Source: Lentihominibacter sp.
GTDB lineage: Bacteria; Bacillota; Clostridia; Peptostreptococcales; Anaerovoracaceae
Direction: 5' to 3'
Assembly: GCA_050953465.1 (NCBI GenBank)
Contig: JBMNMR010000001.1
Span: forward strand, 221,976-285,975
Length of the DNA: 64,000 nucleotides
The translations under genes were made by a program, and so were the position numbers. Positions 27,450-38,259 of the stretch are shown in pieces; position 1 is the first letter of the stretch, and every line of letters starts with the position of its first letter. The notes under the pieces are model-generated. The model worked only from the letters and a program-made list of their open reading frames with translations, had not been told where the DNA came from and did no database searches.

Positions 27450-30071
27450 TTATTTAGCGCGTATAAACGCCTGTGCTGCAGACAGTCTGGCTATAGGAAC
27501 TCTGAACGGTGAACAGGATATGTACTGTAATCCAACTCTGTGACAGAAATCAATTGACTTAGGATCTCCGCCGTGCTCTCCACAGATGCCCAGATGTATG
27601 TTCGGCCTTGTTTTTTTGCCCAGCTCCACTGCCATGTCAACCAGTTTCCCTATACCCGTCTGATCCAGCGACTCGAACGGATCTTCCTCTAAAATACCTT
27701 TATCCCTGTATTCCTTTATGATATCGCCGGTATCGTCTCTTGAGAAACCGAAACCCATCTGAGTAAGGTCGTTGGTACCAAATGAGAAGAATTCAGCTTC
27801 TTCCGCAATTTCATCAGCCAGCAGAGCTGCCCGTGGGATTTCAATCATAGTACCAACCAGGTAAGGAAACTCAACCCCTTCACGTTCGAATACCTTGTTG
27901 ATTGTATCAATAACTATCTTTCTAACATAGCCCAGTTCTTCCTTTATTCCCGTAAGAGGAATCATAATTTCAGGAACAATATCATAACCCTTTTCTCTCC
28001 GAACCTCCAGAGCTGCCGTGATAATAGCCTCAGCCTGCATCTCGGCGATTTCAGGATGAGTAACCGCCAGTCTGCATCCTCTGTGCCCCAGCATAGGATT
28101 GAACTCATGGAGTTCTTCAGCCTTCTTGGCAACCTTCTCATAAGGTTTACCTGTAAAGTCTGCCAGTTCCCTGAGTTCTGCCTCGGTATGCGGAATAAAC
28201 TCGTGCAGAGGCGGGTCAAGGAGTCTTATGGTTACAGGCCTCTCCTGCATAACCTCAAAGATTCCCTTAAAGTCACCCTTCTGGAACGGAAGCAGAAAGT
28301 TAAGTGCTTCCACTCTCTCTTCAACTGTATCAGCCAGAATCATACGGCGGATAGCAGGTATTCTCTTCTCCTCAAAGAACATGTGCTCTGTTCTGCAAAG
28401 GCCGATACCCTCTGCCCCGAACTCAACTGCCTGTGCAGCATCCCTTGGATTATCCGCATTTGTCCTTACCTTAAGCGTTCTGATTTCATCAGCCCAGCTC
28501 ATAATAGTGCCGAAATCCCCGGAAAGTTCAGGAGGTACAGTCTTTACTCTGCCTTCCAGTACATCTCCGGTTGTTCCGTTAAGTGATATGTAATCGCCTT
28601 CGACGAATGTCTTTTCGCCTACAATCAGCTTCCTGCCTGCTTCATCAACCTTTATTTCCGAACAGCCGGAAACGCAGCACTTACCCATGCCTCTGGCAAC
28701 TACTGCCGCATGAGAGGTCATGCCTCCTCTGGCTGTCAGGATGCCTTCTGCCGCAACCATACCTGCCAGGTCTTCAGGTGAAGTTTCAAGTCTGGTAAGG
28801 ATAACCTTTTTACCCTCGGCAACAGCTGCCTCTGCATCTGAAGCATGGAAGTAAATCTGTCCGCATGCGGCACCCGGTGAAGCCGCCAGACCCTTTGCAA
28901 GTTTAACGGCCTTTTTCAGTTCCGCTTCATCAAACATAGGATGCAGCAGCTGATTTATCATATCAGGCTCTATTCTCATAACGGCGGTTTCTTTATCAAT
29001 AAGACCCTCCTCCTGCATGTCAACAGCAATCTTTACTGCAGATGCAGCCGTTCTCTTGCCGTTTCTGGTCTGAAGCATGAAGAGCTTGCTTCGCTCAACG
29101 GTAAACTCCATATCCTGCATATCGGCATAGTGATTTTCCAGCACCTCCGAAATTCTCATGAAGTCCTTATATACTGCAGGAAATGCCTGCGCCATTTCTG
29201 AGATAGGCTGAGGTGTTCTTATTCCCGCAACAACGTCTTCACCCTGAGCATTAACAAGGAATTCACCAAAGATCTCCTTTTCTCCGTTAACCGGCGATCT
29301 GGTAAACGCAACACCCGTTCCGGAGGTGTCACCCATGTTTCCGAATACCATAGACTGAACGTTTACCGCGGTTCCGATATGATCCGGAATCTCGTTAATT
29401 TGTCTGTATAGAATGGCTCTGTCGGTGTTCCATGATCTGAATACCGCCTTAATCGCTTCCATCAGCTGTTCCTTTGGTTCCTGAGGAAAGTCGCTTCCGA
29501 TTTCTTTCTTATACAGAGCTTTGTAGCCGGATATAATCTCCTTCAGATCCTCTGTTTCCAGATCTACATCGAACTCTACGCCCTTCTTTTTCTTCTGTCC
29601 ATCAAAGACCGCGTCAAATTCGGATTTTGAAATACCCATAACAACATCGCCGAACATCTGGATAAACCTTCTGTAGCTGTCATATGCAAAACGAGGATTT
29701 TCTGTCAGTGCAGCCAGTCCCTCAACAGTATCGTCATTGAGCCCCAGGTTCAGGATCGTATCCATCATACCCGGCATGGATACTTTCGCACCGGAGCGAA
29801 CTGATACCAGCAGCGGATTGGCAGCATCGCCGAACTTCTTGCCGGTAACGCTCTCCAGATCAGCCATTTTATTATAGATATCGTCAATAATGCCCTGATC
29901 TATCGTTTGACCTTCATCATAATATTTTGTACATGCTTCAGTAGTAACTGTAAATCCAAAAGGTACAGGAAGACCAATCTTTGTCATTTCGGCAAGATTC
30001 GCACCTTTACCTCCCAGCAGGTCTTTCATATCCTTGGAGCCTTCGCTAAAGGAATAAACAAACTTTTTCAT
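27450..30071 (-). CDS. ppdK: Pyruvate, phosphate dikinase
   Basis: LGGKGANLAEM, SVRSGA..SMPGMMDT, GGMTSHAAVVARG (catalytic His), GICGEHGGDP. Confidence 0.98.
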   Translation of the reverse strand: MKKFVYSFSEGSKDMKDLLGGKGANLAEMTKIGLPVPFGFTVTTEACTKYYDEGQTIDQGIIDDIYNKMADLESVTGKKFGDAANPLLVSVRSGAKVSMPGMMDTILNLGLNDDTVEGLAALTENPRFAYDSYRRFIQMFGDVVMGISKSEFDAVFDGQKKKKGVEFDVDLETEDLKEIISGYKALYKKEIGSDFPQEPKEQLMEAIKAVFRSWNTDRAILYRQINEIPDHIGTAVNVQSMVFGNMGDTSGTGVAFTRSPVNGEKEIFGEFLVNAQGEDVVAGIRTPQPISEMAQAFPAVYKDFMRISEVLENHYADMQDMEFTVERSKLFMLQTRNGKRTAASAVKIAVDMQEEGLIDKETAVMRIEPDMINQLLHPMFDEAELKKAVKLAKGLAASPGAACGQIYFHASDAEAAVAEGKKVILTRLETSPEDLAGMVAAEGILTARGGMTSHAAVVARGMGKCCVSGCSEIKVDEAGRKLIVGEKTFVEGDYISLNGTTGDVLEGRVKTVPPELSGDFGTIMSWADEIRTLKVRTNADNPRDAAQAVEFGAEGIGLCRTEHMFFEEKRIPAIRRMILADTVEERVEALNFLLPFQKGDFKGIFEVMQERPVTIRLLDPPLHEFIPHTEAELRELADFTGKPYEKVAKKAEELHEFNPMLGHRGCRLAVTHPEIAEMQAEAIITAALEVRREKGYDIVPEIMIPLTGIKEELGYVRKIVIDTINKVFEREGVEFPYLVGTMIEIPRAALLADEIAEEAEFFSFGTNDLTQMGFGFSRDDTGDIIKEYRDKGILEEDPFESLDQTGIGKLVDMAVELGKKTRPNIHLGICGEHGGDPKSIDFCHRVGLQYISCSPFRVPIARLSAAQAFIRAK

Positions 30072-30101
30072 TCTTCTACAATCCTCCTTATCCTTGTTAA
30101 G

Positions 30102-31502
30102 TTAAAACTCTAATTTTTCCTCAATGTATGCTCTTACATCCGCTATCGGGATTCTGATTTGATCCATGGTATCACGATCACGAACAGTTACAGAACCATC
30201 CTCAACAGTATCAAAATCCACACAGATACTGAACGGTGTTCCTATTTCGTCTTGCCTTCTGTATCTTTTGCCGATTGACCCTGATTCGTCATAATCAACA
30301 TTGAAGTGCTTTTTCAGTTCCTCGTATACCGGTTCGGCAATTTCTCCCAGTTTCTTGCTGAGCGGTAATACGGCTGCCTTGAACGGAGCCAGTGCCGGAT
30401 GGAGTCTCAGCACTTTTCTGATATCTTCGTTACCCCTGGCATCAGTCAGCACTTCTTCATCGTAAGCATCAACCATAAATGCCAGAAGCATTCTTTCAAC
30501 GCCTACAGACGGCTCGATGCAATAAGGTACGAACCTCTCATTGGTTTCAGGATCGAGATAGCTCATATCCTGCCCGGAGTGATTCTGGTGTGCCATCAGA
30601 TCGAAGTCCGTTCTCGATGCGATGCCCCATAATTCACCCCATCCAAATGGGAAAAGATACTCTATATCGGTAGTTGCGTTACTGTAATGCGAAAGTTCTT
30701 CAGGGTTATGATCACGGAGCCTTATGTTTTCTGCCTTTATTCCCAATGCTTTCAGGAAATCGGCACAATAGCATCTCCAATAGTCAAACCATTCAAGCTC
30801 GGTTCCCGGCTTACAGAAGAATTCAAGTTCCATCTGTTCAAACTCCCTGGTTCTGAATATGAAGTTCCCCGGAGTAATCTCATTTCTGAAAGATTTGCCA
30901 ACCTGTGCGATACCAAAAGGAATCTTCTTCCTGGTTGTTCTCTGCACGTTCCTGAAGTTTACGAATATGCCCTGTGCGGTTTCCGGTCTGAGGTAGATTT
31001 CCGACTTGGAATCCTCCGTAACACCCTGAAAAGTTCTGAACATCAGGTTAAACTGTCTGATACCGGTAAAATCTGTTTTCCCGCAGTCCGGACAGGTCAT
31101 TCCCTTCCCGGTAATATATTCTTCAAGTTTTTCGTTTGACCATCCGTCAACCTGAACATCCTCAATTCCATTTTCTTTCATGTATCCTTCAACGAGCTGG
31201 TCTGCACGGAATCTGGATTTGCATGCCTTACAGTCTATGAGAGGATCTGCAAATCCCCCGACATGTCCCGATGCAACCCATGTTTCCGGGTTCATCAAAA
31301 TGGCTGCATCCAGACCCACATTGTACTTTGATTCTCTGACGAATTTCTTTCGCCAGGCTTCCTTAACATTGTTTTTCAGCTCAACACCCAGAGGACCGTA
31401 ATCCCATGTGTTTGCCAGACCTCCGTAAATTTCGGATCCGGGGAAAATGATTCCTCTGTTTTTGGCGAGAGCCATGATTTTCTCCATTGTAACTTCTGTC
31501 AT
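30102..31502 (-). CDS. glyQS: Glycine--tRNA ligase (homodimeric, GlyQS type)
   Basis: [54 protein letters not shown]. Confidence 0.97.
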   Translation of the reverse strand: MTEVTMEKIMALAKNRGIIFPGSEIYGGLANTWDYGPLGVELKNNVKEAWRKKFVRESKYNVGLDAAILMNPETWVASGHVGGFADPLIDCKACKSRFRADQLVEGYMKENGIEDVQVDGWSNEKLEEYITGKGMTCPDCGKTDFTGIRQFNLMFRTFQGVTEDSKSEIYLRPETAQGIFVNFRNVQRTTRKKIPFGIAQVGKSFRNEITPGNFIFRTREFEQMELEFFCKPGTELEWFDYWRCYCADFLKALGIKAENIRLRDHNPEELSHYSNATTDIEYLFPFGWGELWGIASRTDFDLMAHQNHSGQDMSYLDPETNERFVPYCIEPSVGVERMLLAFMVDAYDEEVLTDARGNEDIRKVLRLHPALAPFKAAVLPLSKKLGEIAEPVYEELKKHFNVDYDESGSIGKRYRRQDEIGTPFSICVDFDTVEDGSVTVRDRDTMDQIRIPIADVRAYIEEKLEF

Positions 31503-31522
31503 TTTCGCTTTTAAATCCTATG

Positions 31523-32311
31523 CTATTTATTATTATCTTTTTCTATTTCAACCTCAACTTCAACTTCAGGCTCTTCTGCCTCAACTTCGCTCATGTCAAA
31601 GTCTTCGGTTTCTACCTTAACCTTTTCCTCAACCTTTTCTTTCACTTCATCGAAAGTGTCCCTGGCTTTATCTGCAATATCGCTGTCCTTTGCTCTCTCA
31701 AATGCTTCCTTTGCCTTCTCAACAGCCTTTTCCACGAACTCACTTTCTTCAACCTTATCCTTACCTTTCTCGAAGTACTCCTTACCCTTGTCAACCGCCT
31801 TGTCGATGAAGTCGGAGTCCTTGGCTTTTTCATAATACTCCTTGCCCTTTTCCTTGGCCTTGTCAGCGATCTCACTTCCCTTCTCGGCCATGTTCTTGGC
31901 AGTATCCGTAACGGCATCACTAATATCAATTATGGTTCCATCTGTCTTTACAACCTCGATTACGCACTTGAATCCGAAAGCGGCAACCACTGCAACAATT
32001 GAAGCCAGCGGTGCGATGCAAAGGCCCACAATACCTGCATTTACAGGCACATTAAGAATAATATCATCATCCTTCTTAACCTGTATCCTTGCTACATTGC
32101 CCTTCTTGACGAGGTTTTTCAGACTGGCAAAAAGTGCTTCTCCCTTTTCACCGAATCCTCTGCCCTTTTCCCCTGCATTTACTGTTTCCTCAATTGCAAT
32201 AATTGCATCAACAACGCTTCCGTCAGCATCTTCCAGAGCCTTTTTGGCTTCTGCATAAGTTACTCCGGTTCTGTCTTTGACCAGTTCGATTTTCTCCAAA
32301 GTAATTTCCAT
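31523..32311 (-). CDS. DUF4342 protein with N-terminal UBA-like (EF-Ts N-terminus-like) domain and C-terminal amphipathic repeats
   Basis: RTGVTYAEAKKALEDADGSVVDAI; VKKGNVARIQVKK..ILNVPVNAG; usual position between recO and glyQS. Confidence 0.8.
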   Translation of the reverse strand: MEITLEKIELVKDRTGVTYAEAKKALEDADGSVVDAIIAIEETVNAGEKGRGFGEKGEALFASLKNLVKKGNVARIQVKKDDDIILNVPVNAGIVGLCIAPLASIVAVVAAFGFKCVIEVVKTDGTIIDISDAVTDTAKNMAEKGSEIADKAKEKGKEYYEKAKDSDFIDKAVDKGKEYFEKGKDKVEESEFVEKAVEKAKEAFERAKDSDIADKARDTFDEVKEKVEEKVKVETEDFDMSEVEAEEPEVEVEVEIEKDNNK

Positions 32312-32344
32312 ATTGTTACCTCCTTAAACTGAGCCAGCCCATAA

Positions 32345-33133
32345 TTAAATCATCTTTTCACTCTTTATATCAGAGACATCCAGATAGTAGGCCGCATACT
32401 CTCTGAGTATCTGCTGCAGCAGCTTTCCGGTGCTCTCACTAAGTGCAACATTTTTAAGTTTTTTCAGCGGGTTGGCTGAAAAGTATTTTAACACACCAAT
32501 TATACCAAATTCACTTTGGTAAATCAACGAATTGCCTGTCGTTTTTTCTTCGTCAGACTGCAGGATTTTCACGGCGCACCGGTCACATACTATACCGCCG
32601 TTCTCTATGCTGAAAAAGCTTCTGCCGCAGCCTTCCGCGGCATCTTCATCGTCCATTGCCCTGCCGCAGACCGTGCACCTTTCAAGCACCGGCATGACAC
32701 CGAGACTTTTCATCAGCTTGGTCTGATATGCTAACACCAGAGTTCCTATCCCTCTGTCACGATCCTCAAGAAGATTAAGAAAATCAACCAGAAGCGTAAA
32801 AACTCCCGGAGCCGGAACATTTTCCCCCAATACCTTTTCAGTAAATTCCAGGACATAGGCTCCGTTCATATATTTATCCACATCTTCACCTATACGGTAA
32901 TATGCCTTAACCACATCCGCACCGTTAATATTATAGCTGTCACGATTCCTGAACAGTTCATAATGCCCGAAAGTAAAAGGTCTGAGTGCCAAAGAGCTTC
33001 TGCTCCTGCCTTTTTCACCTATACTTGTTCCCGCACTTATCTTACCGTACTTTTTTGTGAACAGAAGAATCATGCGCCTGCCATATGAAGTTTTTACCTG
33101 TCTTAAAACTATCCCTTCCGTATCCGTAAGCAT
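32345..33133 (-). CDS. recO: DNA repair protein RecO
   Basis: TEGIVLR, FTKKYGKI, Zn motif CTVCG..GGIVCDRC. Confidence 0.93.
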   Translation of the reverse strand: MLTDTEGIVLRQVKTSYGRRMILLFTKKYGKISAGTSIGEKGRSRSSLALRPFTFGHYELFRNRDSYNINGADVVKAYYRIGEDVDKYMNGAYVLEFTEKVLGENVPAPGVFTLLVDFLNLLEDRDRGIGTLVLAYQTKLMKSLGVMPVLERCTVCGRAMDDEDAAEGCGRSFFSIENGGIVCDRCAVKILQSDEEKTTGNSLIYQSEFGIIGVLKYFSANPLKKLKNVALSESTGKLLQQILREYAAYYLDVSDIKSEKMI

Positions 33134-33161
33134 TATGACGTCTCCCCGCGGACAAGCCGCA

Positions 33162-34058
33162 TCAATCCTTATACCCTAAACTGCCCAGGACAATGTCGCT
33201 GTCGCGCCAGTTTTCTCTCACCTTAACCCAGGTTTCAAGAAATACCTTTGTCCCCAGCAGCGCTTCAATTTCTTCTCTGGCACTCTTGCCGATTCCCTTA
33301 AGCTTTCGCCCACCCTTGCCTATTATCATGCCTTTATGGGTTTTTCGCTCACAATAAATTACGGCACTGATACGCGTCAGCCTGTCTTCTTCCACATAGG
33401 ATTCAATCTCCACTGCAACTCCGTGGGGAACCTCGTCCTGAAGATAAAGCAAAACCTTTTCCCTTATTATTTCACTCACTATGAATCTGGCCGGATGTTC
33501 GGTAACCATGTCATCAGGGAAGTACATGGGACCATCCTCCATAAATCCGGCGGCTTTTTCAATAACTTTATCCACATTGATTCCGTCAATTGCCACCGTT
33601 CCTATTATTTCCTCAAATATATCTAACTCATCATACTCCTTATAGATTTCGGCAAATTCATCCGGACCGATATTGTCCATCTTATTTATAACCAGGATTT
33701 TCGGTGTTTGGATTTCCTTGAGCATTTCAACGATATAACGATCTCCCGGACCTTTGCTCAAACCATCGTCAACTATGAAAATAATCGCGTCAACTTCATT
33801 AAAAGTCCCTATGGCAGCCTCTGTCATATACCTGCCAAGTTTATTTTTGGGCTTGTGGATGCCCGGTGTGTCGATGAATATTATCTGCAGACCGTCGTTC
33901 CCGTAATTATAATCTGTATGTATACCGCGTATAACATTTCTGGTTGTCTGCGGTTTTTCTGTGGTTATTGCGATTTTTTCGCCCAGTATTGCATTTAGCA
34001 GTGTCGACTTGCCTACATTGGGCCGCCCCACTATTCCTACAAAGCCTGATTTCATCAC
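33162..34058 (-). CDS. era: GTPase Era
   Basis: GRPNVGKSTL, PQTTR, DTPG, NKMD, KH-domain IIGKGG. Confidence 0.97.
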   Translation of the reverse strand: MMKSGFVGIVGRPNVGKSTLLNAILGEKIAITTEKPQTTRNVIRGIHTDYNYGNDGLQIIFIDTPGIHKPKNKLGRYMTEAAIGTFNEVDAIIFIVDDGLSKGPGDRYIVEMLKEIQTPKILVINKMDNIGPDEFAEIYKEYDELDIFEEIIGTVAIDGINVDKVIEKAAGFMEDGPMYFPDDMVTEHPARFIVSEIIREKVLLYLQDEVPHGVAVEIESYVEEDRLTRISAVIYCERKTHKGMIIGKGGRKLKGIGKSAREEIEALLGTKVFLETWVKVRENWRDSDIVLGSLGYKD

Positions 34059-34486
34059 TGCCTCCCGATCCCCAGTTCTGCCATTACTTCCTCTTCACGC
34101 TGCCGCATTTCCCGTTTGTCCTCCGCACTTATATGATCGTAACCAATAAGGTGAAGCACACTGTGAGTGAAGAGATACACGACTTCCCGCTCCTCGGAGT
34201 GTCCGAGTTCCGCAGCCTGTTCCCTTACCCTGTCCATACATATAACCACATCTCCCAAGATTAACTCCTCCTCAAAAACGTCATTATCATCATACATGGG
34301 AAATGAAAGCACATCAGTCACACTGTCCATACCACGGTAATAACGATTCAGCTCCCTGATTTCCTCTGCAGAAACAAAAGAAAGGCTGATTTCCGCATCT
34401 CGTCCCACGCATGCGGAAGCTGCCTTTTCTAGAATATTCATCAGCTTGTCATTTATCACCGCTTCGTCATTCACACTTATGTTCAT
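34055..34486 (-). CDS. ybeY: rRNA maturation endoribonuclease YbeY
   Basis: TDVLSFP, LGDVVIC, HSVLHLIGYDH. Confidence 0.95.
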   Translation of the reverse strand: MNISVNDEAVINDKLMNILEKAASACVGRDAEISLSFVSAEEIRELNRYYRGMDSVTDVLSFPMYDDNDVFEEELILGDVVICMDRVREQAAELGHSEEREVVYLFTHSVLHLIGYDHISAEDKREMRQREEEVMAELGIGRQ

Positions 34487-34491
34487 TTCCT

Positions 34492-35508
34492 CTAATCCTC
34501 ATCCTGCGGCGGATGTGCCCTGTAATATTTGTCATATGCAGCTATAACCTTTTTAACCAGCCGGTGTCTGACAACATCCACATCCTTAAGATAACAGAAG
34601 CCTATATCGCCCACTTCCGAAAGAATCTTCCTCGCCTCCACAAGCCCCGATTTCTTTCCCATTGGCAGGTCTATCTGGGTGATGTCGCCCGTAACAACAA
34701 CCTTGGATCCAAAACCCATTCTGGTCAGGAACATCTTCATCTGCTCGGGCGTTGTGTTCTGTGCCTCATCGAGAATAATAAAAGAATTATCCAGTGTTCT
34801 CCCTCTCATGTAAGCCAGAGGGACAACCTCGATTATTTCCTTCTCCTTGAGTCTGGCAGCACTCTCTCTGCCCAGCACATCGTAAAGAGCATCATAAAGA
34901 GGCCTCAGATAAGGGTCCACCTTTTCCTGAAGATCGCCGGGCAGGAAACCCAGTCTCTCTCCGGCCTCAACTGCCGGCCTTGCCAGAATAATCTTCTGTA
35001 CATCCTTGTTCTTCAGGGCATTTACCGCCAGTGCCACAGCGATATATGTCTTGCCCGTTCCTGCGGGGCCTATGCCAAAAACGATATCTTTTCTTCTTAT
35101 CATATCCACATATCCCTGCTGACCTATAGTCTTTGCCTTAAGAGGTTTTCCCTCATGGGTGAAGCAGATTATATCCTTATTGAAATTATTCGTGTCGGTC
35201 TCTTTCCTGTAGGAAACGCCCTGACCATTAAGATCTGCAATGTATCCGATTTTCTGTTCGTCCAGCTCCTCTCCTTTGCTCAGTACATCAACCATTTCCT
35301 CAATAATTTCTTCGGCTTTTTCAGCATTTTCTCCTTTAAGAACAAGTTCGTTCCCACGCTGAATAATATCCACACCAAGTTTACCCTCTATGAATTTAAG
35401 GTTTCTGTCCAATCCGCCAAAAAGTTCGCTCCTGTCTATTCCCTCATCAATCTCCATTCGACGCATTTTTACCATTCTGTCTATACCGGTATCATTGTTT
35501 CTTTTCAT
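34492..35508 (-). CDS. phoH: PhoH family ATPase
   Basis: GPAGTGKTY, RPAVEAGERLGFLPGD, LAYMRGRTL, DEAQN. Confidence 0.95.
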   Translation of the reverse strand: MKRNNDTGIDRMVKMRRMEIDEGIDRSELFGGLDRNLKFIEGKLGVDIIQRGNELVLKGENAEKAEEIIEEMVDVLSKGEELDEQKIGYIADLNGQGVSYRKETDTNNFNKDIICFTHEGKPLKAKTIGQQGYVDMIRRKDIVFGIGPAGTGKTYIAVALAVNALKNKDVQKIILARPAVEAGERLGFLPGDLQEKVDPYLRPLYDALYDVLGRESAARLKEKEIIEVVPLAYMRGRTLDNSFIILDEAQNTTPEQMKMFLTRMGFGSKVVVTGDITQIDLPMGKKSGLVEARKILSEVGDIGFCYLKDVDVVRHRLVKKVIAAYDKYYRAHPPQDED

Positions 35509-35552
35509 GTTCTTATTATATTTATTCCTCCGCTATATTTCAATAAAACGTT

Positions 35553-37154
35553 TCAGCGCGAATTTGTTCCGACTTTTCTCCGGATTACCGCCTCTGCTGC
35601 CCTGATTCCATCCACTGCCGCCGACATTATGCCTCCTGCATAACCCGGACCTTCTCCGGCGGGAATAACACCGGGCAATGCTTCCAGACTCCCATCCCGT
35701 TCCATTATCACCGGCGATGAACTTCTGCTTTCTACACCGGTTATCACTGTTTTGTCAGAATCAAATCCTTTCAATTTTCTTCCGAACACCGGCATAGCCT
35801 CGAGAATCCCGTCACTTACGAAATCGGGCAGGCTTTTACGTGCCGGATTGTCCGGGTCGCGTTTAAACTCACCGTAGGTGGTTCGAACCATTCCTCCGGA
35901 AGTTCGGTTTTCCCATGCCAGTCGTTCGTATTTCCTCTGGAACAGAAATCCGGCAAGAGGATAATCCGCATCATACCCTTCGGAAAGAGCAGCATATACA
36001 AGGTCTTCGCACCTGACATCAACAAGCAGCGCGCTGTTTGCGGCTTTTCCGTCACGAGCACTGTAACTCATTCCATTTGTTACCGATGTTCCCGCTTCAG
36101 TGGATGCATTCACAACCTGTCCCCCGGGACACATGCAGAAAGTGTACACACCACGCCCATTATTACATCTATGGTTGAACTTGTATTCGGCAGGACCGAT
36201 GATATCTGCCAGTGCAGCATCCATATACTGTGCGCAGTTAATAGCGGTCTGCGGATGTTCTACCCGAATACCTATCGAGAATGGTTTCTGCCTTATTGCA
36301 AAACCTTCTTTATGCAGCATCTCAAAGGTGTCGGAGGCACTGTGTCCTATAGCCAGAATCAGGCTGTCCGTCTCTATCCTTTCGCCGCCTGTCAGCACAG
36401 CAGAAAGCCTGTCATCTTTAAACTCCAATCCGTCAAGTCTGGTTCCGAACCTGACTTCCCCTCCCAGGGATTCTATGTGTGTTCGCAGATTCTTCACCAC
36501 ATTGCGCAGCCTGTCTGTGCCTACATGGGGCTTCTGTTTATACAAAATTTCTCTGTCTGCACCTGCCGCAACGAATTCATTCAATACCTTGCTTGTACGC
36601 ACATCCTTTATTCCCGTTGTCAGTTTACCATCGGAAAAAGTGCCCGCTCCGCCTTCGCCGAATTGCACATTGGATTCAGGATTCGGTGCCTCACAGTCAG
36701 GTCCCTCTTTTTCTGCAGATTTCCAGAAGCGTTCCACATCAGCCACACGTTCATCCATAGCCTTGCCTCTTTCCATAACAATAGGCATTAAACCCGCCTC
36801 CGCAAGGATAAGGGCTGCAAAAATACCACAAGGGCCAAAACCGGCAATGACCGGTCTAAACCCCTTATAATCCACTGCTCCGGCAAGTGAAACATACTCC
36901 CTTCTTCCTCCTTTGGCGAAAGGCAGTTTCTCATCGCAATCAAAATCCACTGTGTAAACCAGCTTGACTTCAGGCTTCCTTCGTGCATCAATTGATTCAC
37001 GGATTATCTCCAGATTCCTGACATTAAACGAGCTCTTTCTTCCGGGAATCTTATCTGCCACACGTTTCTCCACCTGAGCCCGAAGCTTTTTCAGGCGCAG
37101 CTCGTCTGTCAGCTTCTCAGGATTAAGTTTTATCTGTTCTATCCTGTATCTCAA
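35553..37154 (-). CDS. FAD-dependent oxidoreductase (COG2509-type)
   Basis: GFGPCG, QFGEGGAGTFSDGKL, YTFCMCPGG, GEGPGYAGGIMSAAVDG. TTG start, overlapping the upstream gene. Confidence 0.88.
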   Translation of the reverse strand: MRYRIEQIKLNPEKLTDELRLKKLRAQVEKRVADKIPGRKSSFNVRNLEIIRESIDARRKPEVKLVYTVDFDCDEKLPFAKGGRREYVSLAGAVDYKGFRPVIAGFGPCGIFAALILAEAGLMPIVMERGKAMDERVADVERFWKSAEKEGPDCEAPNPESNVQFGEGGAGTFSDGKLTTGIKDVRTSKVLNEFVAAGADREILYKQKPHVGTDRLRNVVKNLRTHIESLGGEVRFGTRLDGLEFKDDRLSAVLTGGERIETDSLILAIGHSASDTFEMLHKEGFAIRQKPFSIGIRVEHPQTAINCAQYMDAALADIIGPAEYKFNHRCNNGRGVYTFCMCPGGQVVNASTEAGTSVTNGMSYSARDGKAANSALLVDVRCEDLVYAALSEGYDADYPLAGFLFQRKYERLAWENRTSGGMVRTTYGEFKRDPDNPARKSLPDFVSDGILEAMPVFGRKLKGFDSDKTVITGVESRSSSPVIMERDGSLEALPGVIPAGEGPGYAGGIMSAAVDGIRAAEAVIRRKVGTNSR

Positions 37155-38259
37155 ATAATATCGCTTCCTTATTGATGGCCGCAGCTGCTTTCAGCCCGGT
37201 CTCCCATGCGTTCTGCAGATTGAATCCCCCACAGGGTCCCTGAATATCAAGCAGTTCACCTGTAACATAAAGGCCGGGTATCAGCCTGGATTCCATTGTA
37301 TCACAATCAATCTCTTCAAGCGAAACACCCCCCGCAGTGCACTGCGCATATCTCCATCCCTTGATTCCGGTAACAGAGAGCCTTATATCCTTCATGGTTT
37401 CCGGCCCGCCTGTTTCGTCTATTTCAGCTGCCAGACTGTCTGTCACAATTCCGAAGGCACTGCTTCTTTTAACCAATTCGCCAATCTCGAAATCCGGTGC
37501 CAGATCCATTGATATTGTGTAGTTTGACAGAGCTTCTTTCACATCTATACCCTCTTCCGTCTTCATGTGAGGAGTCAGATTAAATACACAAACTCCCGAA
37601 ATACCGTATGAGGTAAACTGAACCTCCCCTGTTTCCGAGACCTCTTTTCCTCCGGATATTACGGGCCTGACCTTATATAAAAGCGATACTCTTGCTTTTG
37701 AACGAATCCCGCTGAGTCTGTCAAAATCAAGACCTTCACATTCAATCCCCGCCAGAATGGGATACAATCTGCTTACACTGTGCCCCAGCTTCCCGACAAG
37801 AGCGTAACCGTCTCCCGTAGTTCCCATATGCGGTGCGGCCTTGCCGCCGACAGCAAGAATTACCTTTTTTGCTGTTATTGAGTCTTTGCCGTCACTTATT
37901 TCAAACATTTCACCGCTCTTTAATGAGATTACCTTAAAACCGCATTTCACATTTACATTTTTCCCCAGTGCTCGGGTTAAAGCCAGTACAACATCGGATG
38001 CACGATTTGAGTAAGGGAAATATCGCCCCTCCTCATCACAATAGGTTTCGATACCCAGAGATGTGAAAAAATCCAAAGACGCATTCTTATGTTCACAGGC
38101 TGCGTTGGTAATGTTGCAACGTCCGCCGCCGGTGACAGAGATTTTGCGTCCGAGGATTTCATTTTTTTCCACCAGACATATATTAAGGGTTTTGCTTAAT
38201 GAGGCCGCGGCAGCCAGCCCGGCTGCACCTCCTCCTATAATGCAAACATCATAATCCAT
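37123..38259 (-). CDS. HI0933/BaiN family flavoprotein
   Basis: IGGGAAG, GRKISVTGGGRCNITN, TGDGY, GEVQFT.YGISG, TAGGV, GGFNLQNAW. Confidence 0.9.
   Translation of the reverse strand: MDYDVCIIGGGAAGLAAAASLSKTLNICLVEKNEILGRKISVTGGGRCNITNAACEHKNASLDFFTSLGIETYCDEEGRYFPYSNRASDVVLALTRALGKNVNVKCGFKVISLKSGEMFEISDGKDSITAKKVILAVGGKAAPHMGTTGDGYALVGKLGHSVSRLYPILAGIECEGLDFDRLSGIRSKARVSLLYKVRPVISGGKEVSETGEVQFTSYGISGVCVFNLTPHMKTEEGIDVKEALSNYTISMDLAPDFEIGELVKRSSAFGIVTDSLAAEIDETGGPETMKDIRLSVTGIKGWRYAQCTAGGVSLEEIDCDTMESRLIPGLYVTGELLDIQGPCGGFNLQNAWETGLKAAAAINKEAILFEIQDRTDKT

Noticed and set aside
30072-31522. T-box before glyQS; ccpN and PPDK-regulator genes before ppdK
   Set aside because: Gaps are 20 and 30 nt, so none are present. 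The compact arrangement is ordinary lineage variation.
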